From the NCBI GenBank assembly GCA_036172245.1, contig JAYWIR010000032.1, forward strand, positions 1,550,001 to 1,614,000: a stretch of DNA of 64,000 nucleotides. Reading direction: 5' to 3'. How positions within the stretch are numbered: position 1 is the first letter of the stretch; every line of letters starts with the position of its first letter. This document shows positions 33,561 through 45,436 of this stretch, piece after piece. Source of the stretch: Raillietiella orientalis. Taxonomy: Eukaryota. The translations under genes and the position numbers were made by a program. A model generated the notes under the pieces. That model did not search any database, was not told the origin of the DNA, and was given only the letters and a program-made list of their open reading frames with translations.

Positions 33561-36500
33561 GCTTCGTTCTCTTCAAGATTGATTGCTGTCCCCATTTAGT
33601 GATCGATCATCCGGTCACTTCATGACTGCCATCAACATCGGGAAGAAAGGTGACATTCAGCATCAGGAACCGCCTAGACACTTGCAAAGATATAGGAGGG
33701 GGATCGCGAGGATGCTGCGTTTGCGCTTCATAAATGCACGATACCTGCCTCGAGGAAGCCCAAAGCTAGGAAAAGACCGCTCCTTCTCTTTGTCAGCGCC
33801 GCAGTGAGTCGATTCGGCATCCGATCGTCTCCATCGGCATCCACATGTAGACGTTCACAGCATTCTTCTCCGCTTTCATAGCGGTTTTCTGGTAAGAATG
33901 CGGTCAGCGTGCTTGTTGATGGCTCGTACATCCCCTCTCGCACTCTCCTAGGGCAGCTACATTTCCGTTTGTAGAAGAAATTTTTTATCTTCGTTTCAAT
34001 CAGGTGAGTGCATCCCTTCCGCCTTCCTCACACTACGATAATGCAGGACTTCTACTTCCTGGGAGCTCCGCCGGGAACTCCGAGCAGTCTCTTTCCCCTT
34101 GTCCTGGATGCTATAATGTGCTGGAGTGTGGTCATGCCGAGCCACTGTTGCCCAACTCCGTATTGCAGTGAGTGACCCTGGAGCGCACGACTGTCCTTTC
34201 CATGTTTGCTTTTCCATTGCAGAGCATCGCCCCGGAATCAGCAACAAGGATTCCGATGCATTTCAGTTCGACAAAATGGAGAAAACGAAAGTTTTCGGGA
34301 CAGAACAGCAGTCTTTCGTCGGAAGAGACACATGCCAGGCAATTTCTCTCGCCGTGTTGAGCGTCATCAGCTGCAGAAGTCGATCTTACGGGGATGGGTC
34401 CAGTTGCAGTGTTGCCAACGACAATGTCGATCGATGATGCACTGCACTACCATCCCTTTGAAAGTCCTCGCGCGGTTTCTCCGCACGAAGTGTTGCAGCA
34501 CCTTCGCGAGAGAGTCGCGTGATCCCTGCTTTCTTTCTTTACTGCTGTGGGTCCTTGAGGGGGGCTGCCGACCTTTTTCTAATTTCTAAACTCACTTCGG
34601 CACTTTCCCCATTAACAAGATCTACCTCAAGGGAATCATTCGGCAACAACAGCTTCCTCCTTTGAAGATGACCGTGTCGCTGATTAGGTGAGAACACCCT
34701 CTGGCCGGTTGATCGAGGTGTCATGACGGCAATTGCAGAGACCAAGGTGGATGGCTTGCTCTGACTTCAGACCAGTCAGACTCGCTGAAGTGGGATGCCT
34801 CCTTGGAGCTCATTGGTGGTAAGGACCAGAAGACCTATTTGTTCAAAGCGCACAGATGAGATGCTTTCCTACGCGATTACTCCGATAAAATAGCCCTACT
34901 GCGTGGGAGGAGCGCATGACAGCACTCCCTACGTTTACTACCGACTGCCCTCATTCCTTCCCCTCCGATCGGGCACCTACTCCTATTCTTACTCAGTTAG
35001 CATACATTGGCATTCTCTATCCAAGAAGACTTTCTCTTTGTAGACGAACCCTTGATGATAGTCTCGAGGGATTCCTCACGTCCGCGCATCCTCCCCTATG
35101 AAGCAACCACCGACCCTCGGGGACCGCGGAGGTTTTATTCTGAGTAGGGAGTGCTTGTCACAGAAATCGACACATGACTTACCACAGGGAGATGCTCATT
35201 CGCGTCTCTCCTTCCAGCCTCAGCATGGAAGTAGACAGGAAGGTGCAATACACATCAAAGGGCATGATGGCTCACTTGAGGTTGGACAGTTTCCTGGCTG
35301 CGGCTCCAGAAAAATTTGTGAAAGTCCTGGCCACCGCATTGGATCCCAGATCAAAAAAAAAAATACAATCTGGCCTGTATCAAGTTGGTCTCCAATGACG
35401 TTTGACTATTCACGAGGAAATTCCATTCCAGATTAACTGCACACCGAAAAAGAGTCCTCTCGTGAACGTTACGAGCTACCACTTCACGGTAGCGCTCACT
35501 CCGTTGTTCTTGCATGTTGCGGTCTTCTGGTGAAATCGGCCTCCGAATCGCTGCGTTCGCCCCCGAGTGCGAGGAAACTGAGTGCTCTCTGGAAACTCCC
35601 GTGTCCCTATTTCGAACCCTCAAACTCTCAGCCCAGAACATATGAATGAGTGATGGATTGGTCGGGCGAATTTGCCTACAAGGGTGCTGGCGCTCTCATC
35701 GACCGTAGGAAGAAGCCTCGCGCAGAACCTCAGCTGTTTGCTATCCGCGTGAGAGCATGTCCCCCGTTCCGCATCTCTCCAGCAGCAGTGGCTCGAATTT
35801 TGCGATGCATCTTTCCCACGAATTGTCTTCTAGGTTTGGTCACGAGTTAGGCGCTGCAGCTTGAACTGGAACTGGGAGCACTCGATCGCACCTTAGGCGC
35901 ATAGGGTGAAGCCACACCTACTTTCTGCAGAGAGCAGCAGGACATCTCGTGGTTTTTTGCCAGTGGCTCCTATCCGTATTTTATGAGATTTAAAGTGTTG
36001 AGGTGCAGAAGAACGGAGCAGCAGTGTCTGCCCCCGGAATAGGTGGGCATCGCTGGCAGCTCATCCTTCCCTAGGGCGCGTCAGCCTTGGAAAGCTTTTC
36101 AGCTCGATGCGGATCCTTGGAAATGAGGCTGCGGGAAGGCCCAGAAAGTATTGTCAGACTGAAAGATGAGTAAGCGCCTCGTAAATGTTCGCATCTGCCT
36201 TCTACCACTCTCTCAAGCGTGAGCGTTTGTTGCTCGACTCAAACACCTCGCCGTAGCCGCGTGCTACTGATGCTGTGCGCGAGTGCAGACGTTCCGTAGA
36301 ACGGATTCGATGTGCTTAGTGCTCACTGATCCACGCAGCGTCCGCTCTCTCTCTTAACAAAGAGATGCTCCTGTATGTTCAACCAAGTTGCCTGACGTGG
36401 ACTTTTGATCCGCTCGGTTGCGTGGAAAACTCCTCTTGTTAGATGCTTTCTTCGGAGACGTTCTATGAGACTTTGATTTTTCCAGATGGAGCACAAGCGT

Positions 36501-38539
36501 TATCTGATATTCATCCCTCCCAAAAGTCTTCAGGTGCATATTTCTACAAGGATCCTTGAGGGAAAGTTCGTTGAAGTAGACTTCCACAAGAATCAAATTA
36601 GTTTTCTCACCCAAATGTTTCGCAACGCTCCCCTCGTTACAGTACCACCAGCCTTGGATTGTGATCAATACAATTAATGTCTTCGATTTGAGCATTACAA
36701 TGTTTTTTGAAAGTTGGGACGATGTTGGAAAGAACTGATAGCAGCTGTGCTCACACACTTTTAAAATCACGTGGCGGATGTGTGCCCGTGATTTGCTCCA
36801 TGTTCTGCTCTCAGGAGAGCACGGAGTTTTCATTAGCAGTGTAGAAATAAGCGCATGCTGACAGACAACCAATCCTGTCCGCGGTTTGGAAAAGGTGAAA
36901 AAGTCGCCATACTCCATGTGGTCGCTGCAATACGCAAGTTGCGGTAGGCCAGCAACATCCTTTCGTTCAACATCTTGACTTCCGCTTCGATTCCATTCAA
37001 GGTAACTCTTCCAAATGACCTCTTCTTGCCTTCCTCGCAGAGGCTGCTCGTCCATGTGGCTGCTCCAGGTAACCCGTTGGAGCTTTATTGACTCCCTTGA
37101 AATGGATTCCTCCTTACGCTCAATGATTGCGGAGAAAGCAAGGTTGCGTTTCCTTGAGAAGCAGCCAGCGGCGATTCTTCCTTTGAGAAGAATGGGTTGC
37201 GTTTCAACAGCATCAAGATTCCAGAACAGAACCAGATCAAGTGTAGCACCTGTGGCTTCGGAATGTCGTCCTGGTACCACAGTGTTCACACTGAAGATTC
37301 TAGGAGATCGTGGAAGTGCTCACCGTGAGTCTCCACGTACCCAATGGGCCTTCCGCAGGAATCTTTCGCGCTTTATCCAGGTGGCGAGAGTGCCGCTCTG
37401 AAAAGTCAAACTTGCTGAGGTCTTGCAACGACTCTAGAGTGAGCGCGCAGAGTTAGATGGATTTCAGGCGTGGTGCGTGGATGCCCACGCCAGAGTATGG
37501 CTATTGGCAACATCGTGGGCAGCAAGTTGTTTTCTCGAGGCATCTACGGGTTAAGTGAAGGAAGGTTTTGTCCTTTCTTGGAGCTCCTGGAATGCATTCG
37601 CATCCCTGTTTCGGGAATCCCGACTTGCTTTGTAGTTAGGTGTCCTACAATCGCGTTCTCCCATAAAAAGAAGGCGTCACGTTCTTCATCCAAATCCTGA
37701 TTTTCATTCAGTCTGTTCATTCTGTGATTTGAGAGATTCCCTTTTTTGCTTTTTTAACAAAGTCAACAGGCCATGTAAATTAGTAAATCCACTGTCCTTG
37801 AGAAGGAGACGTCGACTTCGTGCTTGGCGTGTGCGTCTTTTGCGCGCTATGTCTTTGCCGGTGCGGCTGACCTCGCGCACGTGAGTGACCGCCAAGAAAA
37901 GGGTGACCAGTAGCGGAAAGGCGAGGAAGAGGTCAGATGTGACCAACGACAGCGTACGCACACATCCTAGGTCTACGCTGGCTCCAGTCCGCTCTCTCTT
38001 TGCACGTGTCACCCAGCCATCGCAGTTTACCGCTGTCTTTTCGGTGCCAGAGTTTCCGAAGACCAGAATGAAAATGGCTCTAGGATTTCGAGTTTCGTCC
38101 ACGGCTTGGGGCAGCGGTCTCTGTAGGCACCAGCCAATCACCGGCTTTTCACCTCTTTGCTGCTGCGTTCTCGTGCCTTTCGGAGACGAGGCAGTGGCCG
38201 GTGCGAAAGTCTCTGGTGCGGACCGCTTCAAGGCAGCAGACTGAATGCCCATTCTCTGCGAACACCAACGGCGACACGTCTGGACAGCGGCAGCAGTTGA
38301 GAAACGCAAGCAGTGTCAAAGCACCTTCCAGTTATCTGCCGACTTTCTGACGGGAGGCGGCAGAAAGTCTTGCAAAACGCAACGCCTGTAGAAGGAAAGA
38401 AGAGGGAAGGTACACACGTCGCGACACCCCTTCGAGGAAACCGCCGTTTCCTTCGTTTCCGAGTCGGGTGGCTGGTGCATTCCTGGGATCTTTTAATCAT
38501 GAGGTACTCGGTCGCGACCTGTTTCTGCAGCCGAACCTG

Positions 38540-39690
38540 GGCTTGTTTCAAGTTTCTCACGCCGGGGCGTTCATTTCAAAAAGAGAAACCAGTTGGGGAC
38601 ACGCTGGTTCCTTACCAGAAGCAGAAGTTCAATGATAGATTTATCGACAAGTAGGTCGGGAGATCCGAAAGTCCGAAATGGGGGAGGAGAAGGAGACAAC
38701 AGCAAAAAAAGATAAAAAGAGGAAAACCCTGTAGGTTGGGGCAGGAATCTTTTGTTTCCTTCCGTATGCACTGGGGTCAAAACGAAAAAACCGGGGAAGT
38801 TACGGAGCCACAGAGAGTGAGGAATGAGGAAAAATAAGTGAAGTCAGGCACGGTACAAGAGGTCACTGATGTCCGTTATTTCTTACTTTCGGAACCGACG
38901 CTGTCCAGGCTGGCAATCTCCTCCTTAACTTCTCGTTTCAGCTGAAACCACATTGGAGCTTTTTTCATGCAGGTGGCAGTCATCCTGGTGACCTCCCTTC
39001 GCTGCGTGGTAGTCACCTCGAGCCCAAGGCGTGCCGTGGCGATAGCAAGTATGCAACTGATGGTTGCGGGCACTGCGCTTGTCGAGAGTCCTCCCTGCCC
39101 GAGGAACCTTCGCATAACATCTCAGGCGGCGTCCTCTTGTGCAGGAGCTCTGATGCCAAAGTTCCTGGAGAGCACCGCATCCTGAAAACAGGTGCGGCGG
39201 GATCGACTCTACCGTTCCGCACGTGGATCAGTTAGGGGGTGCCACCCCCTGCCAAAACTCCGTGCCATTGCTCGTTCCACTCGAATGACGAGCAGCAGCT
39301 CTTGTTTATAGCTCAGTGGAAATACTGAAGTACCCAGGCGATGGGGAGGGACTCCGTCGAGGGAATTAACTCCAGAAAGGAGTTCCGTTTCAAAGACAGG
39401 AGAAGTGACAGCGTCCAATAACGCGCGCTTCTTCCAGCCACCAAGGGGTTCTGTTCTTCCCGCTATGGTGCAGGAAAACTCTCATCTCGCCAGTAGGCTA
39501 CTGTTGTCTCTTTCACTGAGAGCAGACAGAGCTGCGACGAGGGCTGTTGAGGCCAAGGTGGACCACTTTGCTGTGTCCTGGATCACCATTTTCAAAGGCG
39601 ATGGCAGCAGATGTCGCAGGAGGCTCCTGAGATGGCATTCCCTGGGATGCAGCCGAGGACTCAACAGCTTCCTGACGCAGCGAGGCATTG
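38540..39690 (-). mobile_element. Decayed L1/Tx1-like 3' fragment, abutting the Tigger element
   Basis: Minus-strand CGTVESIPPHLFSGCGALQELW (~39150-39225) matches the peptide at 5562. Pyrimidine-rich UTR, and AATGAACGCC on the minus strand at 38566-38575. Confidence 0.65.
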
Positions 39691-39692
39691 TC

Positions 39693-42112
39693 CGGGCACT
39701 CCTCGATTTACGTACGTTTGATTTACAAACATTCTATACAACTAACATCACAGTTTTGAGATTTTTCCGATTTGCGTAATGCACGCAATAGCGAGCATAA
39801 TTCTGAGATTGCTGACACCCTGAACTCACTCACTTAATACAATAGTAATAAGAAAATTCTTAACAAATGGAATTTTATTCATCGAAAATGAATTTTCTCG
39901 GCAAACTAAACAAATCGATGTGCACTCTTTTCATTTTCAAGATGGCGCACGTAAGCTATGATCAATACGCAGTAATAAATTTGTATATCAGTTGGTATTC
40001 AACTCTGAATCAAAACGGTTGTATGTACTGAACCACTCATAAAACTTAAGCTCTGTAAATTCAAGTGGTCATGTCGTGTAAGAGGTCAGAAAACATTTTT
40101 AAAATTTATCGTGCCAAAGCGACGTGGCAACGCTGATTCCAATAGCGCTAGTGGTGTAAAAAAAAAAGCAATTTTGGTTCAGAAACGAAGCTTCACATCA
40201 GAAAGAGAGCAGAAAGAGGTGAGAAGGGGGTGGATATTTGCTCGCCATCATGATGTGAGCATGTCGAGTATTGGAACAGTAATTAAAGGCCAATTGTGGA
40301 GGCTGTTAAGGGAACATCATTGACTCTAATAAGAAGCATAGTGTAAACTAAAAGTTTTTCATTGGAGGAGATGGAAAAGTTACTAAGTTTATGGATCGAG
40401 AGACAAACACGTGACCATGTGCCTTTCGGCCTATTCATAATTCAGGAGAAAGCTGGATGTTTATTTGAAGACTCGAAGAAAAGAGCTATCCCTGAACATG
40501 CAGACGAGTCCCTTTCAGCTAGCTCTGGATGGTTCCCACGTTTTGAAAGCAAGCAAACTTTCACAATTCGAGGCTTCAAGGTGACCTGGCGGGCGCAGAT
40601 ACACTGTCTGCAGCTGAATTTCCTAAGGCACTGGAACAAACAATTATGGGAGGTGGTCACGGTGCTCACCAGGCGTTTGACGTTGATGAAACTGGACTCT
40701 TCTGGAAAAAAATGCCTTCCAAAGCTTACACTTCTAGAGCAGAAAAATGTGCACCTCGGCATAAAGTCGCAAAAGAAAGACTGACTCTTTTTCTTGGAGG
40801 CAAAGCAGCCATTGATTATAAGCTCAAACCTCTGCTAGTTGATTCATCGGGAAATCCAACAGCAAGGAGAAAAAAATGATGAAGTCACAGCTTCCTGTTA
40901 CCTGGAGATCGAATAGAAAGGCTTGGATGACAAAGGAAGTGCTTGAAGATTGGTTTATGAACTATTTTGTGAAGGAGCAGATAATGTGCTGTGCATCTAA
41001 AACTTTGCCCTTCAAAATATTATTACTCGATAATGTCCGTACGCATCCATTATGCATAGATGCACTTCATGATAACATTAAGGTTGTGTTTTTGCCCCTT
41101 AACACAATGGACCGAGGTCTTCTAACTTCGTTTAAGGCATATTAACTTAGACGGACTTTTTCTGAAGAAATTACTCTTATAGGCAGAGTGGAAAAGATCT
41201 CGAGGTATTTCTGCATGGCATATAACATTTACAATGCTACGTGCAAAATATTGCCGATGCCTGGGGGGATGTGAAGGAAGCAAATTCAAATGGCGTGTGG
41301 GAAATCTTGTGTCCTCAATTTGTGAATAGTTTCTAAGTGATTTTGAGGAATCAGTATAATCTGTGACTGTGGAAACTGTTGAACTGGTCAGTCAAATGGA
41401 ACTCAACCTTGTCTCGGCTGATGCAAGAGTTGGACCCACATTCCGAGGAATGAACCACCGAAGAGTTGATAGCAATGGAAACGAATCGAAACACAGAACA
41501 AGCATCCCAAGAACTTGGTATTTCACATTCCTCCAGAACATTTGCTACGCAGAAAATTTTTGCAGCTTTCCAGATTATCCTTGTGGGATTGGCGAGGTTT
41601 GAAGGAGGGGACTACGAAATGTCTACTACGAAAAAAAGGAACGAAACTGTGCAGTCTTCTACCAAATCCTATTTTGGACGAACCAGCCGCAGCCGTTTCC
41701 AGACAAGTTCAACCATATACCTCGTGTGTACAAAGTGATACGTATGTGAAAATAACAAACAGTGGTGCAAATATGGACAAAGGAAAGATGAATGCATACT
41801 TTATGTATGTACATGACATATTATATAAAGTTTTTGTGCTACCAGTTGAAATGAACCATTTTTTATTGTATCTTTTGTTTTCTCTTCGTATTTTCTCAAC
41901 TTTGTTTTACGGTCGCAGCGTATTGTTACAATAAAACGTACATATTTGATGTTCAATACAATGCTTTTCATAACTAAAAATGACCGCTAACATATAGGAT
42001 CGCATCGTACACGCAATAGGTGCTCATTTAGGTGCTTTGATGCACAACGAACAGAAACACATTACAAACGACCTCCAGGAACGGAATTCGTTCGTAAACC
42101 GAGAGCTCCCTG
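39693..42112 (+). mobile_element. Decayed Tigger/pogo-family DNA transposon (~2.4 kb) with a frameshifted transposase
   Basis: CENP-B-type HTH (MEKLLSLWIE...IQEKA...ASSGWFPRF), then DVDETGLFWKKMP, KERLTL, KLKPLL, WRSNRKAWMT, LLLDN and IKVVFLP.NT split across frames. Degenerate TIRs CGGGCACTCCTCGATTTACGTACG (39693) and CGTTCGTAAACCGAGAGCTCCCTG (ends 42112) match at 17 of 24 positions. Confidence 0.92.
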
Positions 42113-42132
42113 TGTTTCCTTTCGGTTCGCCA

Positions 42133-42940
42133 AGTGCTGAAGAACCGCTCGCCTCCTTAGGAGGAGCTCACGAAATTCTGCAACGCGGTCCACGCCACCC
42201 GAGGGGGTGTCGTGTCGTCTCATTCTTCAGGTTAGGGAGGGAACCGGGAGGAACTTCCGTGTGAATCCAAAAAGGCTCCAGAGGAAGAAACGTCCGTTCC
42301 TCTCACGCTTGGTAGGGGAACCTCGACGAGAGTCTTCTCCCTGGTTGTCCCCAGAGGGACCCCCCCAGGAAACCACTTTCGTATTCTTTCTGGAGGGACT
42401 TCCCAGAGGGGGGAGCGCTCCTCGTTTCTTCTCTGAAGAGAGCGCGGAAAGGATCCGTTCCTGGAATTTCTTCTTCGCAGGGAACCTGCAAGCGAGCCGC
42501 TCCTTTGTATACTTCTCTGGGAGAACCCTGGAAGGACACTTCCTGGCTTCTCTGAAGGGTGTTCCATGGAAAAAACAGCAATCTTCTGGACACTCTGGAA
42601 AGGCAGCCCCCGAGGGGGATATCTACCAGCTCCATGGTACGCGGTGAAGGTCCCCTCCGAGGGAAAGGACGACTCCATTTTCCCAACAGGAGTGGAATCC
42701 CGAAGTGGAACAGGCCGGTTGATTCATGCGAGGATCGCGAAGGGTCGAATTCTGAACCGGGCAGTCACCGAGGGCGTTTGGGAGTTTGCAGCTTCCATCA
42801 AAGCCTCACCCGAAGCCAATCAGAGTCATCCTGTTTATTTGGAGGAGGGGAATCGAAACCCAGGATGCATCCCCATTTTCAGCGTCGATCCTTCCCCGGG
42901 TGAGATTCGAACCCACAACGCTCGGTGCCACGAGCGCAGG
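42133..42940 (-). repeat. Unclassified ~0.8-kb interspersed repeat with a tRNA T-arm-like motif
   Basis: Homologous to ~61300-61890 (opposite orientation) and 62691-63160 (same orientation; shared start AGTGCTGAAGAA...GCCTCCTTAGGAGGAGCTCA). Minus strand reads GTGGGTTCGAATCTCAC near 42900-42916. Confidence 0.8.
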
Positions 42941-44376
42941 TCGTAGCTGCGCTTCCCAAACCGAGATCAGGTGTTTGACTATCACCTACAAAGTTCATAT
43001 CCGTTTTCGGGATGGCTCGTCCTTGGATTCCGTTCAGGCTGAGGGTGGTCACGGCCTCGTCCGGAATGCCTTCCATCTCCGCTCCCTTGAGGAGCAGGTC
43101 GTTCGCATCCTGACGGCCGATGAGGTGGGTCAGGATGCCGTGTAAGCCGAGAATCTCCCGGCGGTCGAGAGTGCCTCCGCGGTGCGCGCCAATTCGACTC
43201 TTTTCTTGCGGGAGGCAAGCAAAATGCGTAATTCGCACCGCGTCGCTCGTGAGAGTCATCATGCTGGTTGCTTCCAGTGCAGAATCCAGCATGGCTCTCT
43301 GCTCATCTTCCATCTTGTATCGGGGGTGAATCACCTGGCTCTGCAATCGCCGCGGACTCTCTCGTTGTCAAGGCCGCGTCGATGTAGAAAACTGGTTTCG
43401 GAACAGAGCAGACCGCCACCTGCAAAGAAAGTCTTTTTTGACATTAAGTATTCAGTCTTGAGTGAATTCATGTGTACTGTTTTATGTATTTTTGTGCCCT
43501 CATAGAAAAAAAATAATTGTCAGAACTAATGTTTAATAGGTATAAGAAGTTCTTATTGGAGTACCAGCAAAAAATTTTCCCACTGACTTGGCGTCCCATG
43601 ATGAAAGGGTGAACCTCACCTTCTAGTGCTGTATTTTCTATTCGATTACGTTCGCAACGCGTCCATCATCCTGCTGCGGGAAACGCATCCTCTCCTCCTC
43701 CCGAACACTGCATCCGCTGCAGTTTGGAAACAGCTGGTGAAGAATGGCGATGAATTGGAATGAAGCGCCGTTTTCGCGCACGTCCACGGCTATGTAAACG
43801 TTCGAGAGCTCCGCTCTAGGTTTACAGATAGGTTTCTGACCCGTAAATTGGTCAAATGCTGGAAGGTGGCTATCTTGCACGGGCTGTGGTGTGAGGAATG
43901 GAGATGTGCTTTGTAGCATTATTAAAAATAATGTCGAGAGCCGTCCTGAAGGCTCGTGGCATCACGTTAAGGTCGACTTACAAAGTGATGCATCAGCAGA
44001 CATTTGGGAACGAGACAGCTGAAGAGTTCTAATGTTAATCAGATCATTAGCCAATTATTGGTTGATAATGTAACTAATGTTCTAAGAAAGATTAGAGGTA
44101 GGAAAATTGAAGATGAAGGAAGGAGAATGGGGGGGGGGGATCAAAGAGACGAGTCATAAATGGAGTATGGGCCCATCGGCTTATTTAGCTTATCTTTGAT
44201 TTAATTGGATTTACTTGTACAGTAATGTACAGTTAACCAGGCTGTTGCGATGTGCAGCACCACGAATGGTTTGCAAAAGTGTAAATTCTCTAAAGGCTGC
44301 CCAAACTTGGCGGCGCAGCGTGGTGTGCGAGCGCCGTCATCGTTTTCAACAGTTTCCGGCTGTGATGAATGTGATG

Positions 44377-44400
44377 ACACACACACACACACACACACAC
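44377..44400. repeat. (AC)12 microsatellite
   Basis: Direct reading. Confidence 0.95.
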
Positions 44401-45436
44401 AGCACAAACAGAAACGTTGACGGCGAACTGATTTACTTGAATTCAGCTGTTATCACATTGGTGCTGTTGATTCCCAGAGAGCACTGTGCCGCTTACTGGG
44501 GATGCCACAATATCGTTCCCCTCGTCTGCTGATTGGGAACTCCACAAAGCAAGGAAGCAAAAGGAAACCGAAGCGAAGATTCCTTGGGCATGCACTGTTT
44601 TTATCCTGACACGTCGAGTTCTCAACTACATCGCATCAGCCTCCGAAAATCGGAAAAAGGATCCCTACTGAGAATCGTCCCACGTCCTTAGGAAGCAGAA
44701 GAGGAAATTGCATCTGGTCTGCACATCTATAAGGATGGATTTCCAAGTTTATGTGCTTTCACAAGTGGCGCATATGGCGAAAAGACAGGAAACTCTGAGC
44801 TTGATCACAGTAGCGGTACAAATACACGAGGCAGTTTTGAAAGTAGCATGGCTAGCCAAACGAAAGATGGACAAAATTGTGCCCTACATGAAACAGAATT
44901 CTATGAGAGTAGGAAACGTTCAAAAACGGGTCGTTTCCACGTCCACTTTCGAAAGGATCCGCTTACTCCACCGGTGGATTGAACGTGCGACGAATAGCAC
45001 TCACTTTTATTACCAATCATTAACTTCACGTGCAATGCAAATACGAGTTCTCAACCGGGCAGAAACCCCGGACCCATTGAATTTGCTCGTTGATCGCACA
45101 GTGATCAACACGCAGAACAGGAGGAACGAGGATAAAGGATTAAAGGATACACGCTCCAGCAGATTACTCTTCATTTTTCACCAATGTAGACAGGGGTCCC
45201 ACATCCGGACTAATTAAAACTCCTGACATGCGGTTACCGGTGAAGAGCCGGTAGTGTGTTCCACGGTCCCTAGAACTTGCATCCATGACTTCATTCTTTT
45301 CGCAGTGCAGACCTTACGCAATCCTCGCACCTAGTTTACAAGAATTATTGATAACTCTGGTTCCTACTCTCGGTGGCATTAACCTGCGACTAGTCCATAC
45401 TTTGATACCATGGACAACATGGCGGGACACCGTTTG

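Noticed and set aside
36354..37289. 311-aa minus-strand ORF
   Set aside because: No recognisable motifs. The plus strand shows DNQSCPRFGKGEKVAILHV, resembling a decayed LINE zinc-binding motif, so the ORF is probably an antisense by-product.
42880..42960. tRNA gene
   Set aside because: Only a T-arm-like hairpin; no convincing acceptor stem or D arm, and it lies within an interspersed repeat.
44708..45217. 169-aa plus-strand ORF
   Set aside because: No recognisable homology or splice context; cannot be supported from sequence alone.
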